Below are positions 1-8,787 of a stretch of DNA of 32,605 nucleotides, in pieces. A program made the translations under genes and the position numbers. The notes under the pieces were generated by a model that worked only from the letters and a program-made list of their open reading frames with translations, searched no databases and was not told where the DNA came from. Location of the stretch: sequence record SRR2962707_3478; one strand, 5' to 3'. How positions within the stretch are numbered: the first letter of the stretch is position 1; every line of letters begins with the position of its first letter.

Positions 1-34
1 AATACCTCGTAGGCTTACCTCGAGGTAGTTCTTT
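1..34. repeat. Imperfect palindrome resembling an IS200/IS605-end or REP-like hairpin (possibly cut by the window edge)
   Basis: TACCTCG-TAGGCTTACCT-CGAGGTA inverted repeat (3-27); the minus strand reads AAAGAACTACCTCGAGGTAAGCCTACGAGGTATT. It is GC-rich in an AT-rich background. Confidence 0.45.
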
Positions 35-93
35 AAAGTGGAAATCTAAGTTAAAAGGGATCCCTTACGGGCAATAAGAAGATAAATAACGAA

Positions 94-561
94 TTAATGA
101 ATTTCTAGAATTTTTATTTTTGATGATTGAAAAGAAACGTCATCGTTAATTGTTTTTCCTAATAATAGTTGTCCAATAGGAGATTGCGCTGAGATGCAAT
201 AAATGTCCTCATTTTGAACGGTAAGTTGTCCTAAGGAAACAGCTATAAAATAAGAAGCAAGGTTGGTTTTTATAAGATTACCTACTTTGACTTTTTGATT
301 TTTTTCTTCAGAAGACTTATCATAGTTAATTCTAGAAAAAGCATGCAGCATATTTTCAATTTCCCGAAGTCGATTTCCGGCTTTTTCTCTTTCTAATTGA
401 AGCATTGCACGGCCAGTTTCATGTTTATCTCCTGCACTACTTTTTGTTTCAGAAGCAAAAGATTCTTCAATTGTGGCAATTGCTTTTTGTACTTGATATA
501 GCCGTTGGTTTAAAAGCTCTTGGCATTTACTTATTAAAAGTTCTTTTGTAGTTTTCATCAT
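94..561 (-). CDS. GreA/GreB-like transcription elongation factor family protein
   Basis: N-terminal coiled coil with KSSAGDKHETGR tip; C-terminal ISAQSPIGQLLLGK matches the GreA/GreB C-domain motif. Start moved to ATG 561 (or 558) to avoid overlap with the upstream gene. Confidence 0.75.
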   Translation of the reverse strand: MMKTTKELLISKCQELLNQRLYQVQKAIATIEESFASETKSSAGDKHETGRAMLQLEREKAGNRLREIENMLHAFSRINYDKSSEEKNQKVKVGNLIKTNLASYFIAVSLGQLTVQNEDIYCISAQSPIGQLLLGKTINDDVSFQSSKIKILEIH

Positions 562-568
562 TTCAAAT

Positions 569-1771
569 TTATGCAAAAACTTGTATTCCAAACACTTTTA
601 AAACGCTCATTATTCCAAGTCCTAATGTTAATACCACAATAATGATTCCTATAATATTCTGAATTAAAGTATTCTTATATGTTTTTAAAATGGAAGTTCT
701 GTTTACTGCCCAAAGTAAAAAAATGGTTATAATAGGGAGTAAAATACCATTTGCTATTTGCGCCAGTTTTATAACTTCAATAGGCTTTATTCCAAAGGAC
801 ATTAAAATAACGCCAAGAATAATTATAAACATCCAAACTGCTTTGAAGCGTTTGTTTTGCATATTAGAACCCCATCCAAAGCAACTATTGGCAACAAATG
901 CGGCAGCTAGTGGGGCGGTAATGGCAGAGGTTAATCCGGCTGCAAAGAGTCCTATTCCCATAAAATATTTGGCGCTATTTCCGTAAATCGGTTCTAGTCC
1001 AATTGCGAGGTCGAGCACATTTTTTATTTCTAAGCTTTGAGTTTTTGCTGCTGTAATCATTATAGCTATGGATACTAGTCCGCCTAAGGAAATGGATAGA
1101 ATAGTGTCTCTTTGTGCATATTTTAAATCTGTAGTTTTATTCCATTTTTTGCTTACTAAAGAAGCGTGCAGAAATAAATTATAGGGTACAATTGTAGTTC
1201 CAACTAAGGCTATTATGCTTAGAAGGCTATTTTTTGGTGCTGTAGGTATAAAAAGACCTTTAAGAATCTCTATAATATTTGGTTTGGTTACAATGGCAGT
1301 AAGTATAAAAGAGATACTCATTAGAATTACTAGAGCAACAAGAATTTTTTCTATTGTTTTATATTTCCCGATGTATAAAAATATAAATGCCAAACTACCA
1401 ATAATTAGTGGGTATAAATAAGAGTGTTCGGTTCCAAATAGTGCTTGGAGGCCAAGGGTTGCTCCGCCAATATTTCCGCCTTCATAAGCGGTGTTCCCAA
1501 TAACAATTGCTCCTAAAATTAGGGTTATAACAAGCCATCGCAACCAAGGTTTGTATATTTCGGTTGCAACTACATCTCCTAAGCCTTTTTGGGTTATAAT
1601 CCCAATACGTGCTGCCATTTCTTGTAAAAAAATAGTAGCTATTATAGAAAATAACATTGCCCATAACAGTGAAAATCCAAAAGAATTTCCTGTTAACATA
1701 CAGGTAGTAACTGTTCCTGGCCCAATAAAAGCCGCTGCAACTAAAACTCCTGGACCTACTTTTTTAAACAT
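569..1771 (-). CDS. Nramp-family (YcsG-like) transporter
   Basis: About 11 hydrophobic segments; GPGVLVAAAFIGPG, LQEMAARIG, GTTIVPYNLFLHAS and AQIANGILLP motifs. Lacks the canonical MntH DPGN and MPH residues. Confidence 0.85.
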   Translation of the reverse strand: MFKKVGPGVLVAAAFIGPGTVTTCMLTGNSFGFSLLWAMLFSIIATIFLQEMAARIGIITQKGLGDVVATEIYKPWLRWLVITLILGAIVIGNTAYEGGNIGGATLGLQALFGTEHSYLYPLIIGSLAFIFLYIGKYKTIEKILVALVILMSISFILTAIVTKPNIIEILKGLFIPTAPKNSLLSIIALVGTTIVPYNLFLHASLVSKKWNKTTDLKYAQRDTILSISLGGLVSIAIMITAAKTQSLEIKNVLDLAIGLEPIYGNSAKYFMGIGLFAAGLTSAITAPLAAAFVANSCFGWGSNMQNKRFKAVWMFIIILGVILMSFGIKPIEVIKLAQIANGILLPIITIFLLWAVNRTSILKTYKNTLIQNIIGIIIVVLTLGLGIMSVLKVFGIQVFA

Positions 1772-2878
1772 TTATTTGGGTACATGGTTTAAAGAATACA
1801 GGGCAAAAGTTCCTAGCCAATGTGTGCCACTGTAATTGTTGTCTACAATATTTGGTAGTGAATAATTAATATGTTGATTGGCAATATTTTTTAAATGATT
1901 ATATTCTGGAAGTGTTTGTGCAATGCCATATAAACACCATGCGCGACTAAAATTTAAACCATCTAAATGAACTAATTTACCATCCTCTCTGTCGCCCACT
2001 TTTCCTTGAGCTAATTCAAAATCTGAATGTGTTAATTGAGGTAAGAAATTATTTAACCAAACTTTAAAATCCTCTTTAGCATATACTTTTCTTACAAGGT
2101 TTGCTTCTTCTAAACAAGGAGAAAGGAAATCAAATCCGCTTGGTTCCCAACTCAAAGGGCAATTTGTATCGCTTTTATAAAATCTGTTTACGGTTTCTGT
2201 TATGCTTGTCTGTAATTCATTGTTTTGAAGTGTAGAAGCGTAATCCCAAGCTAAGGAAAGTCCGAAGGCAGTATTTGTATGTTCCCCAACACGAATAGGA
2301 TAATTCAATTTAGGAAGAAATTCAATATATGAAGTTGCAATATAATTGGTTAATGGCGCTAAATTTTTTTCTAGTTCTTTACCTAGCGGATCGTCCCAAG
2401 TATGTAATTCCTCAGCTAATTTTAGGATCCAAGCCCAACCGTACGTTCTTTCGAAGGAGGTGTTGCCTTTCATTTTAAAATAAGCAAGTTCAGCTTCTAT
2501 ATTTTCTTTTGAGATGTTCTCTTTTAATTTTTTTCTGATGATTTCTGAATGATTTAAAGAAGGAAACTGCTTTAAAAGTGAAACTAAAGACCAATGTCCA
2601 TGTACAGAAGAATGCCAGTCGAAACATCCATAAAAAGCTGGGTGTAGTTTTTTTGGTGCTGCTAATTGAGAGCTATCTTGAAGGGTTTGGTTGAGTTTGT
2701 TAGGAAATTCTATTTGCATACATTCAAGTGGTAAGGATGCAAGTCGGTTAGCCTCCTCAAGATTCAAAACAGGAATTGGAGCAGTATTTTGAACAGTTTC
2801 TTTTTTAGTTTTATCGCCTTTACAAGCATTAAATAATAAGGTAATTATAAAAATGAAAAGCAATTTAGTTTTCGTCAT
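1772..2878 (-). CDS. DUF2891 domain lipoprotein
   Basis: Lipobox LFNAC; motifs LHPAFYGCFDWHSSVHGHW, FERTYGWAW, HLDGLNFSRAW and YSGTHWLGTFA recognised as DUF2891. Confidence 0.85.
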   Translation of the reverse strand: MTKTKLLFIFIITLLFNACKGDKTKKETVQNTAPIPVLNLEEANRLASLPLECMQIEFPNKLNQTLQDSSQLAAPKKLHPAFYGCFDWHSSVHGHWSLVSLLKQFPSLNHSEIIRKKLKENISKENIEAELAYFKMKGNTSFERTYGWAWILKLAEELHTWDDPLGKELEKNLAPLTNYIATSYIEFLPKLNYPIRVGEHTNTAFGLSLAWDYASTLQNNELQTSITETVNRFYKSDTNCPLSWEPSGFDFLSPCLEEANLVRKVYAKEDFKVWLNNFLPQLTHSDFELAQGKVGDREDGKLVHLDGLNFSRAWCLYGIAQTLPEYNHLKNIANQHINYSLPNIVDNNYSGTHWLGTFALYSLNHVPK

Positions 2879-3110
2879 AATCTATTTTGATTAAATTTTA
2901 TTTCGCCGTTGTTTAGAAGTACATATTTGAAAAGTATTATTTTTTCTCAAACTGAAAAGCTAAGATAATCCCTTTCACTTAAAAGTAAATATAAGTTATT
3001 GAAAGCAATTATTTAACAAAGCCAAGCTTTATGTAATTAATTATTGAAATATAGATTATTTTTTACTATTTTTCAATAATTATAAATTTTGACTCTTAAT
3101 CTAGTTGAAA

Positions 3111-4103
3111 ATGGATGTATTTAACACTTTTATTGAAGAAATAATAAATTTTTTAGGGATATCTCAGGCTTGGGATATTTTGCAAAGCGGTAATTATGAA
3201 GCTCTTAGAACATATGAAGGGATTACAGCTTTAATATTTCCTATTATTCCATTATTAATTCTTTTGGAATTTATATTGGGTTTAATCTATAAAAAACCAC
3301 AAACTAAAGTTTATAAAATTACATTTTTGACTTATGTCCTAAATCGTTTTATCGGTAGGTTTATTGCTATTGCAGTTACAACTTTTCTTATTGGCGTATT
3401 AGAGCCATACGCACCTATACAAACATCTCTAAAATGGTATTGGTTTCTATATGGATATGTTGTGTGGGAGTTTGCTCATTTTCTTTATCATTATTGGGGA
3501 CATAAAGTTCGTTTATTTTGGTGTTTGCATTCTACACATCATGCTCCCGAAGACATGAATCTTTCCGTTACTCATGCACATTTTTTCTTAGAAGCTCCTT
3601 ATGCAGATGCAATCCGGACTACCGTATGTATTTTGGCGGGAATCAAACCAGAAATGCTATTTATTATTATGTTTATAGATGGCACTTATGGAGCATTTAT
3701 TCATGTTGGAGAGAATTTAATTAAAGATGGGAGGCTAGGTTTTCTGAATAAAATTATTTTAACGCCTTCCCATCATAGAGTACATCATGCTAAGAACCCC
3801 TTATATATGGACACCAATTTTTGTAACCTCTTGAATATATGGGACAAAGTTTTTGGAACCTTTCAAAATGAAGAAAAGAACTTAAAAATAGAATACGGGA
3901 TTACCCGGAAAATGAATTCTGGAAATTTTATAGATGTTTATTTTGGTGAAATTTTTGCCCTTTGCAAAGATGTATATCATGCTCCTGGCATTAAAAACAA
4001 ACTGGCTTATATAGTAATGCCTCCTGGATGGAGTCATACGGGCGAACATAAAACTGCAAAAATTGTACGACAAGAGTTTTTAAAAGAGAGAAGTATGGAT
4101 TAA
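3111..4103 (+). CDS. Sterol desaturase / fatty acid hydroxylase family protein
   Basis: Membrane di-iron His boxes HYWGH, HSTHH, FIH and HHRVHH plus NFCNLLNIWDKVFGTF; hydrophobic segments. ATG 3111 preferred over TTG 3105. Confidence 0.9.
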   Translation: MDVFNTFIEEIINFLGISQAWDILQSGNYEALRTYEGITALIFPIIPLLILLEFILGLIYKKPQTKVYKITFLTYVLNRFIGRFIAIAVTTFLIGVLEPYAPIQTSLKWYWFLYGYVVWEFAHFLYHYWGHKVRLFWCLHSTHHAPEDMNLSVTHAHFFLEAPYADAIRTTVCILAGIKPEMLFIIMFIDGTYGAFIHVGENLIKDGRLGFLNKIILTPSHHRVHHAKNPLYMDTNFCNLLNIWDKVFGTFQNEEKNLKIEYGITRKMNSGNFIDVYFGEIFALCKDVYHAPGIKNKLAYIVMPPGWSHTGEHKTAKIVRQEFLKERSMD

Positions 4104-4790
4104 TTATTTCGGGTTTTTTAAATTGAAGGGACCGTAAAAATTCATCTGCCTTAGAATCCAATTTTTCCTATTCTGAATATAGCTTGATGCTGGAGAAGCT
4201 TTTAAAACCAATGGATTTGGTAATATTGCTGCTATTGCTGCGGCTTCTTGTTTAGATAATTGGGATGCTTTTTTATGAAACCAAAATTTAGAAGCTGCTT
4301 CCGCTCCGTAGATTCCATTTCCCATTTCAATGCTGTTTAAATAGATTTCTATAATGCGTTCTTTGCTCCATAATTGTTCAATTAAAAAAGTAAAGTAGAC
4401 CTCAAAGCCTTTTCTAATCCAGCTTCTTCCAGGCCATAAAAAAACATTCTTTGCTGTTTGCTGACTTATAGTGCTTGCGCCTCTAAGTTTTTTCCCTTCT
4501 GATGAGTTTTTAATTACTTTTTCAATTGCTTTCACATCAAAACCATTGTGTTTTTCAAACTTTTGGTCTTCACTACAAATAACTGCCAATTGAAGGTTTT
4601 TTGAAATTTTATCAATAGAAACCCAGTTGTGTTTCCAAATGATTGTTTCTTGCTTATTATTTTGCTGAATAGTCCGTATTGCCATTAAAGGAGTAACAGG
4701 AACGGGAACCCATTTATAGATTAACACCCAGATAACAGAAATCCCAATAAACCACAGCAAAACCTTAAAAAGAAAACGAAAAACCTTCAT
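4104..4790 (-). CDS. mtgA: Monofunctional biosynthetic peptidoglycan transglycosylase
   Basis: GT51 motifs SEDQKFEKHNGFD, RGASTISQQTAKN, RKGFE and EIYLN; N-terminal TM helix; no transpeptidase domain. Confidence 0.95.
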   Translation of the reverse strand: MKVFRFLFKVLLWFIGISVIWVLIYKWVPVPVTPLMAIRTIQQNNKQETIIWKHNWVSIDKISKNLQLAVICSEDQKFEKHNGFDVKAIEKVIKNSSEGKKLRGASTISQQTAKNVFLWPGRSWIRKGFEVYFTFLIEQLWSKERIIEIYLNSIEMGNGIYGAEAASKFWFHKKASQLSKQEAAAIAAILPNPLVLKASPASSYIQNRKNWILRQMNFYGPFNLKNPK

Positions 4791-4804
4791 AAACGACGTC
4801 AATA

Positions 4805-4846
4805 AATTAAAAAACCCGTATCAAATGTATAAAATGATACGGGTTT
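4805..4846 (-). terminator. Rho-independent terminator after accC
   Basis: AAACCCGTATCA (4812-4823) / TGATACGGGTTT (4835-4846) perfect stem with a U-tract on the minus strand. Confidence 0.85.
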
Positions 4847-4869
4847 ATATTTTAAAAACACTAGAAGAT

Positions 4870-6222
4870 TTATTCTTCTACTGGAGGGTTCATTTTAAAA
4901 GTCTCCATAAACTTAGTTGTGTAGTTACCAGAAATATAATCTGGTTCGTCCATTAACTGTCTATGAAATGGAATCGTAGTTTTTACACCTTCAATTACAA
5001 ACTCGTCCAAAGCACGCTTCATTTTATTGATAGCTTCTTCTCTTGTTTGCGCAGTTGTAATCAACTTAGCAATCATAGAGTCATAGTTTGGAGGGATAAT
5101 ATAGCCGCTATACACATGGGTGTCTAAACGTACTCCGTGTCCTCCAGGGGCATGTAAAGTTGTAATTTTTCCTGGAGAAGGTCTAAAGTCGTTATACGGG
5201 TCTTCCGCGTTAATTCTACATTCAATAGAGTGTAGTTTTGGAGTGTAGTTTTTACCAGAAATTGGCACTCCAGCGGCAACTAAAATTTGTTCACGGATTA
5301 AGTCGTAATCAATTACCTGTTCTGTAATTGGGTGTTCTACTTGAATCCGCGTATTCATTTCCATAAAATAGAAATTACGGTGCTTATCAACTAGAAACTC
5401 AACAGTACCAGCTCCTTCATATTTAATAAACTCGGCTGCTTTTACAGCGGCTTTTCCCATTTTATCTCGAAGTTCATCGGTCATAAATGGAGAAGGAGTT
5501 TCTTCGGTAAGTTTTTGATGACGTCTTTGTACCGAGCAATCTCTTTCTGAAAGATGGCATGCTTTTCCGAATTGATCTCCTACTACCTGGATTTCTATAT
5601 GTCGAGGTTCTTCGATAAGTTTTTCCATATACATACCATCGTTACCAAAAGAAGCTGCAGCTTCTTGTTTAGCACTTTCGTATGCTTTTTGTAAATCTTC
5701 TTCTTTCCAAACGGCACGCATTCCTTTTCCTCCACCTCCGGCAGTAGCTTTTAGCATAACAGGATATCCCATTTCTTTAGCTAGCTTTTTGGTTTGGTCT
5801 AAAGATTCTAAAAGACCATCAGAACCAGGAACGGTAGGTACTTTTGCAGCTTTCATGGTAGATTTAGCACTCGCTTTATCTCCCATTTTTTCAATCATTT
5901 CTGGACCTGCACCAATAAATTTGATACCATGTTCCTTACAAATTCTTGAAAAATTAGCATTTTCAGAAAGAAACCCATACCCTGGGTGGATAGCATCTGC
6001 ATTTGTAATTTCTGCAGCAGCTATAATGCTTGATATTTTAAGATAAGAATCCTTGCTTGGTGCTGGACCAATGCAAACAGCTTCGTCGGCAAAACGTACA
6101 TGCAAACTTTCTTCGTCTGCTTTTGAGTATACAGCCACTGTTTTGATACCCATCTCTTTGCAGGTTCTAATAACACGAAGTGCTATTTCTCCTCTATTTG
6201 CGATCAATATTTTTTTAAACAT
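4870..6222 (-). CDS. accC: Acetyl-CoA carboxylase biotin carboxylase subunit
   Basis: [54 protein letters not shown]; adjacent to accB. Confidence 0.98.
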   Translation of the reverse strand: MFKKILIANRGEIALRVIRTCKEMGIKTVAVYSKADEESLHVRFADEAVCIGPAPSKDSYLKISSIIAAAEITNADAIHPGYGFLSENANFSRICKEHGIKFIGAGPEMIEKMGDKASAKSTMKAAKVPTVPGSDGLLESLDQTKKLAKEMGYPVMLKATAGGGGKGMRAVWKEEDLQKAYESAKQEAAASFGNDGMYMEKLIEEPRHIEIQVVGDQFGKACHLSERDCSVQRRHQKLTEETPSPFMTDELRDKMGKAAVKAAEFIKYEGAGTVEFLVDKHRNFYFMEMNTRIQVEHPITEQVIDYDLIREQILVAAGVPISGKNYTPKLHSIECRINAEDPYNDFRPSPGKITTLHAPGGHGVRLDTHVYSGYIIPPNYDSMIAKLITTAQTREEAINKMKRALDEFVIEGVKTTIPFHRQLMDEPDYISGNYTTKFMETFKMNPPVEE

Positions 6223-6227
6223 CTCTG

Positions 6228-6293
6228 AAATTTTAAATTCTAAATTTTAAATCCTTTTAAATGATGATTTCTAAATTCATCCTTTCAAATTTC
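6228..6293. repeat. Degenerate heptamer tandem repeat between accB and accC
   Basis: AAATTTT AAATTCT AAATTTT AAATCCT at 6228-6255, followed by further degenerate units. Confidence 0.4.
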
Positions 6294-6788
6294 TTATGAT
6301 GGGTCTACCAAAAATAATGGCTGATCGAATTCAACAGGAGAAGATTCATCAGCCAATACTTTTACAATTTTACCAGAAACTTCTGATTCAATTTCATTGA
6401 AAAGTTTCATCGCTTCAATAATACAAAGTACATCACCTTTAGCGATAGTATCTCCAACTTCAGCAAAATTAGGCTTGTCTGGAGAAGGTCTTCTGTAGAA
6501 TGTACCAATAATTGGCGATTTAATTGTAATGTATTTACTGTCGTCTTCTTTAGCAGCTGGTGAAGAAGCTTCGGTTTCTGCAGGAGCAGCAACTGGTTGA
6601 GGAGCAATGCCTTGTTGAGGCATTGGTTGATTCATAGGGATTTGTTGAACAAAAGTAGTAGTTTCACCATTTTTGTCTTCAGACCCTGTTTTAATAGTAA
6701 TCTTTACATCCTCCATTTCAAGCTTTACTTCGCTTGCACCAGATTTTGCCACGAATTTGATCAAATTTTGAATCTCTTTTAAATCCAT
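6294..6788 (-). CDS. accB: Acetyl-CoA carboxylase biotin carboxyl carrier protein
   Basis: EAMKLFNEI biotinylation motif, KSPIIGTFYR, Pro/Ala/Gln-rich linker. Confidence 0.98.
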   Translation of the reverse strand: MDLKEIQNLIKFVAKSGASEVKLEMEDVKITIKTGSEDKNGETTTFVQQIPMNQPMPQQGIAPQPVAAPAETEASSPAAKEDDSKYITIKSPIIGTFYRRPSPDKPNFAEVGDTIAKGDVLCIIEAMKLFNEIESEVSGKIVKVLADESSPVEFDQPLFLVDPS

Positions 6789-6813
6789 GATTTAGTTTTG
6801 TTAGTTTTGAGTT

Positions 6814-7815
6814 CTATTGTTTTGCGTTATATGCCCATTTTAAATAAATGGAACCCCAGGTAAATCCACCTCCAAAAGCAGCAAATATTAAATTGTCGCC
6901 TTTTTTGAGTTGCTTTTCATAATCGTTAAGTAACAAAGGCAGTGTTGCCGAAGTTGTATTACCGTATTTCTGAATATTAACCATTACTTTAGATGGATCT
7001 AATTCTGCACGATTAGCAGTAGCATCTATAATACGTTTATTAGCTTGATGCGGTACTAACCATTGAACGTCCTCTTTAGTAAGATTATTACGTGTCATTA
7101 TTTTTTCTGTAACATCTGCCATATTTGAAACAGCAAATTTAAATACAGTTTTACCATCTTGATATACAAAATGTTGTTTATTTTTCACAGTTTCTTCGGA
7201 AGCTGGTAAAATAGAACCTCCTGCTTCAATTTTCAGAAAGTCTCTTCCAATTCCATCACTTCTTAAATACTCATCTTGTAATCCTAATCCTTCTTCATTA
7301 GGTTCAAAAAGAGCGGCTCCAGCTCCATCTCCAAAGATTATACAGGTAGTTCTATCGGTATAATCTAATATAGAAGACATTTTATCGGCTCCTATAAGTA
7401 ATACTTTCTTGTAACGTCCAGATTCTATATAACTAGCAGCGGTAGACATTCCGAATAAAAAGCTGGAACATGCTGCTTGTAAATCGTAGGAAAATGCATT
7501 TACAGCTCCTATTTGAGAAGCTACATAAGCAGCGGTTGCTGCTACGGGTTGGTCTGGGGTTGCCGTTCCGACAATAACCATGTCAATCTCTTCTGGATTG
7601 GCACCACTTTTTTGAAGGAGGTCTTCTGCTGCTTTAATTGCAAGGTACGAAGTACCCTTTCCTTCTTCTTTTAATATATGCCTCTGCTTAATTCCAGTTC
7701 TAGAAGTTATCCATTCATCATTTGTATCAACCATAGTTTCCAATATTTGGTTGGTTAATACATATTCGGGCACATATGCTCCTACAGCTGTAATAGCTGC
7801 CTTAAGTCTATTCAT
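6814..7815 (-). CDS. fabH: Beta-ketoacyl-ACP synthase III
   Basis: Catalytic triad motifs AACSSF, VPHQAN and YGNTTSA; DTNDEWITSRTGI; AFGGGFTWG. Confidence 0.97.
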   Translation of the reverse strand: MNRLKAAITAVGAYVPEYVLTNQILETMVDTNDEWITSRTGIKQRHILKEEGKGTSYLAIKAAEDLLQKSGANPEEIDMVIVGTATPDQPVAATAAYVASQIGAVNAFSYDLQAACSSFLFGMSTAASYIESGRYKKVLLIGADKMSSILDYTDRTTCIIFGDGAGAALFEPNEEGLGLQDEYLRSDGIGRDFLKIEAGGSILPASEETVKNKQHFVYQDGKTVFKFAVSNMADVTEKIMTRNNLTKEDVQWLVPHQANKRIIDATANRAELDPSKVMVNIQKYGNTTSATLPLLLNDYEKQLKKGDNLIFAAFGGGFTWGSIYLKWAYNAKQ

Positions 7816-7934
7816 AATTCGCTTAGTTTTTTGTCAAAAACGGCAAAATTCGACGGAAATTAATCGAATTTACTAATTTTCCTTCGAATAGCGGTGCAAA
7901 ATAGGGTGTTTTTGACTTATAGAAAAATTTTGAA

Positions 7935-7965
7935 TAAAAAAACTCTCACTTCATGTGAGAGTTTT
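7935..7965 (-). terminator. Rho-independent terminator after rpmF
   Basis: AAAACTCTCAC-TTCAT-GTGAGAGTTTT (7939-7965) with a U-tract on the minus strand. Confidence 0.8.
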
Positions 7966-7989
7966 AACTTTTAACTAAATTTTTTAGCA

Positions 7990-8187
7990 TTACGCTACTT
8001 CTTCAGTTGTGTTATCGATAAGAACTTGTCCTCTGTAATAAAGTTTACCTTCATGCCAGTGAGCTCTGTGATACACATGCGCTTCACCCGTTGTTGGGTC
8101 TGTAGCGATTTGAGGAGTCGTAGCTTTGTAATGCGTTCTTCTTTTATCTCTTCTTGTGCTAGACTGTCTTCTTTTAGGATGTGCCAT
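7990..8187 (-). CDS. rpmF: 50S ribosomal protein L32
   Basis: [23 protein letters not shown]-terminus; yceD-rpmF-fabH synteny. Confidence 0.98.
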   Translation of the reverse strand: MAHPKRRQSSTRRDKRRTHYKATTPQIATDPTTGEAHVYHRAHWHEGKLYYRGQVLIDNTTEEVA

Positions 8188-8195
8188 TTTAAATC

Positions 8196-8741
8196 TTATT
8201 TATCCGTTAATAGTTTTTTCAATTGATCCCATCGAGGATCTGTTTCTCCGTCTTTATTTTCTTTTTCTTCTTTTGGTTGAAACGCTTCCAGTTTCTCTAA
8301 AATTTCTGTCGATAAAGTTCCATCTTTTACTCCCGGATGAATCCTTTTGTTAGGAACCGAAAGTACGATCATCTCATAAATATATTGTGCTACATTTATT
8401 TGATATTCGCTATGTGGTATAATTAGAACTTCTTCGTTCTCATCGTTATACTCATCACCAAACTTAACTAATAGATGAAGTTTACTTTTGATTTCTTGAT
8501 CGTAAGGCTCATTGGATAAATCGCAATAAACATTTACAAATCCTTCACATTCAAAGGTTAACTCCAACATAGTGCTTTTTTTATCCAAAGTAAGATCAAC
8601 ATGCACATTGGCATCGTTAAACTCTTCAAACTCAAAAGCATCAAAGAACTTTTGCTTTATTTCAAAGTCGAACTGGTGTTTTCCTTGTTTTAATCCTACA
8701 AATTGGATGTCAAACTCCTTGAACTTCTTCATTTTAAACAT
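8196..8741 (-). CDS. yceD: YceD / DUF177 family protein
   Basis: [24 protein letters not shown] and [10 protein letters not shown] motifs; directly upstream of rpmF. Start 8741 or 8732, because a promoter motif lies at 8780-8787. Confidence 0.9.
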   Translation of the reverse strand: MFKMKKFKEFDIQFVGLKQGKHQFDFEIKQKFFDAFEFEEFNDANVHVDLTLDKKSTMLELTFECEGFVNVYCDLSNEPYDQEIKSKLHLLVKFGDEYNDENEEVLIIPHSEYQINVAQYIYEMIVLSVPNKRIHPGVKDGTLSTEILEKLEAFQPKEEKENKDGETDPRWDQLKKLLTDK

Positions 8742-8779
8742 CAGTTTTAATTGCCTATACCTCAAGTATAAGGCGGGTG

Positions 8780-8787
8780 CAAAGATA
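8780..8787 (-). promoter_or_regulatory. Bacteroidota -7 promoter element for yceD-rpmF
   Basis: Minus strand TATCTTTG(CA) matches TAnnTTTG. Confidence 0.65.

Noticed and set aside
569..1771. Calling the transporter mntH
   Set aside because: The DPGN and MPH metal-binding motifs are absent, so the symbol is withheld.
690..1835. Short ORFs 690-986, 1215-1421, 1482-1664 and 1491-1835
   Set aside because: Antisense or off-frame shadows of the transporter gene with no recognisable motifs.
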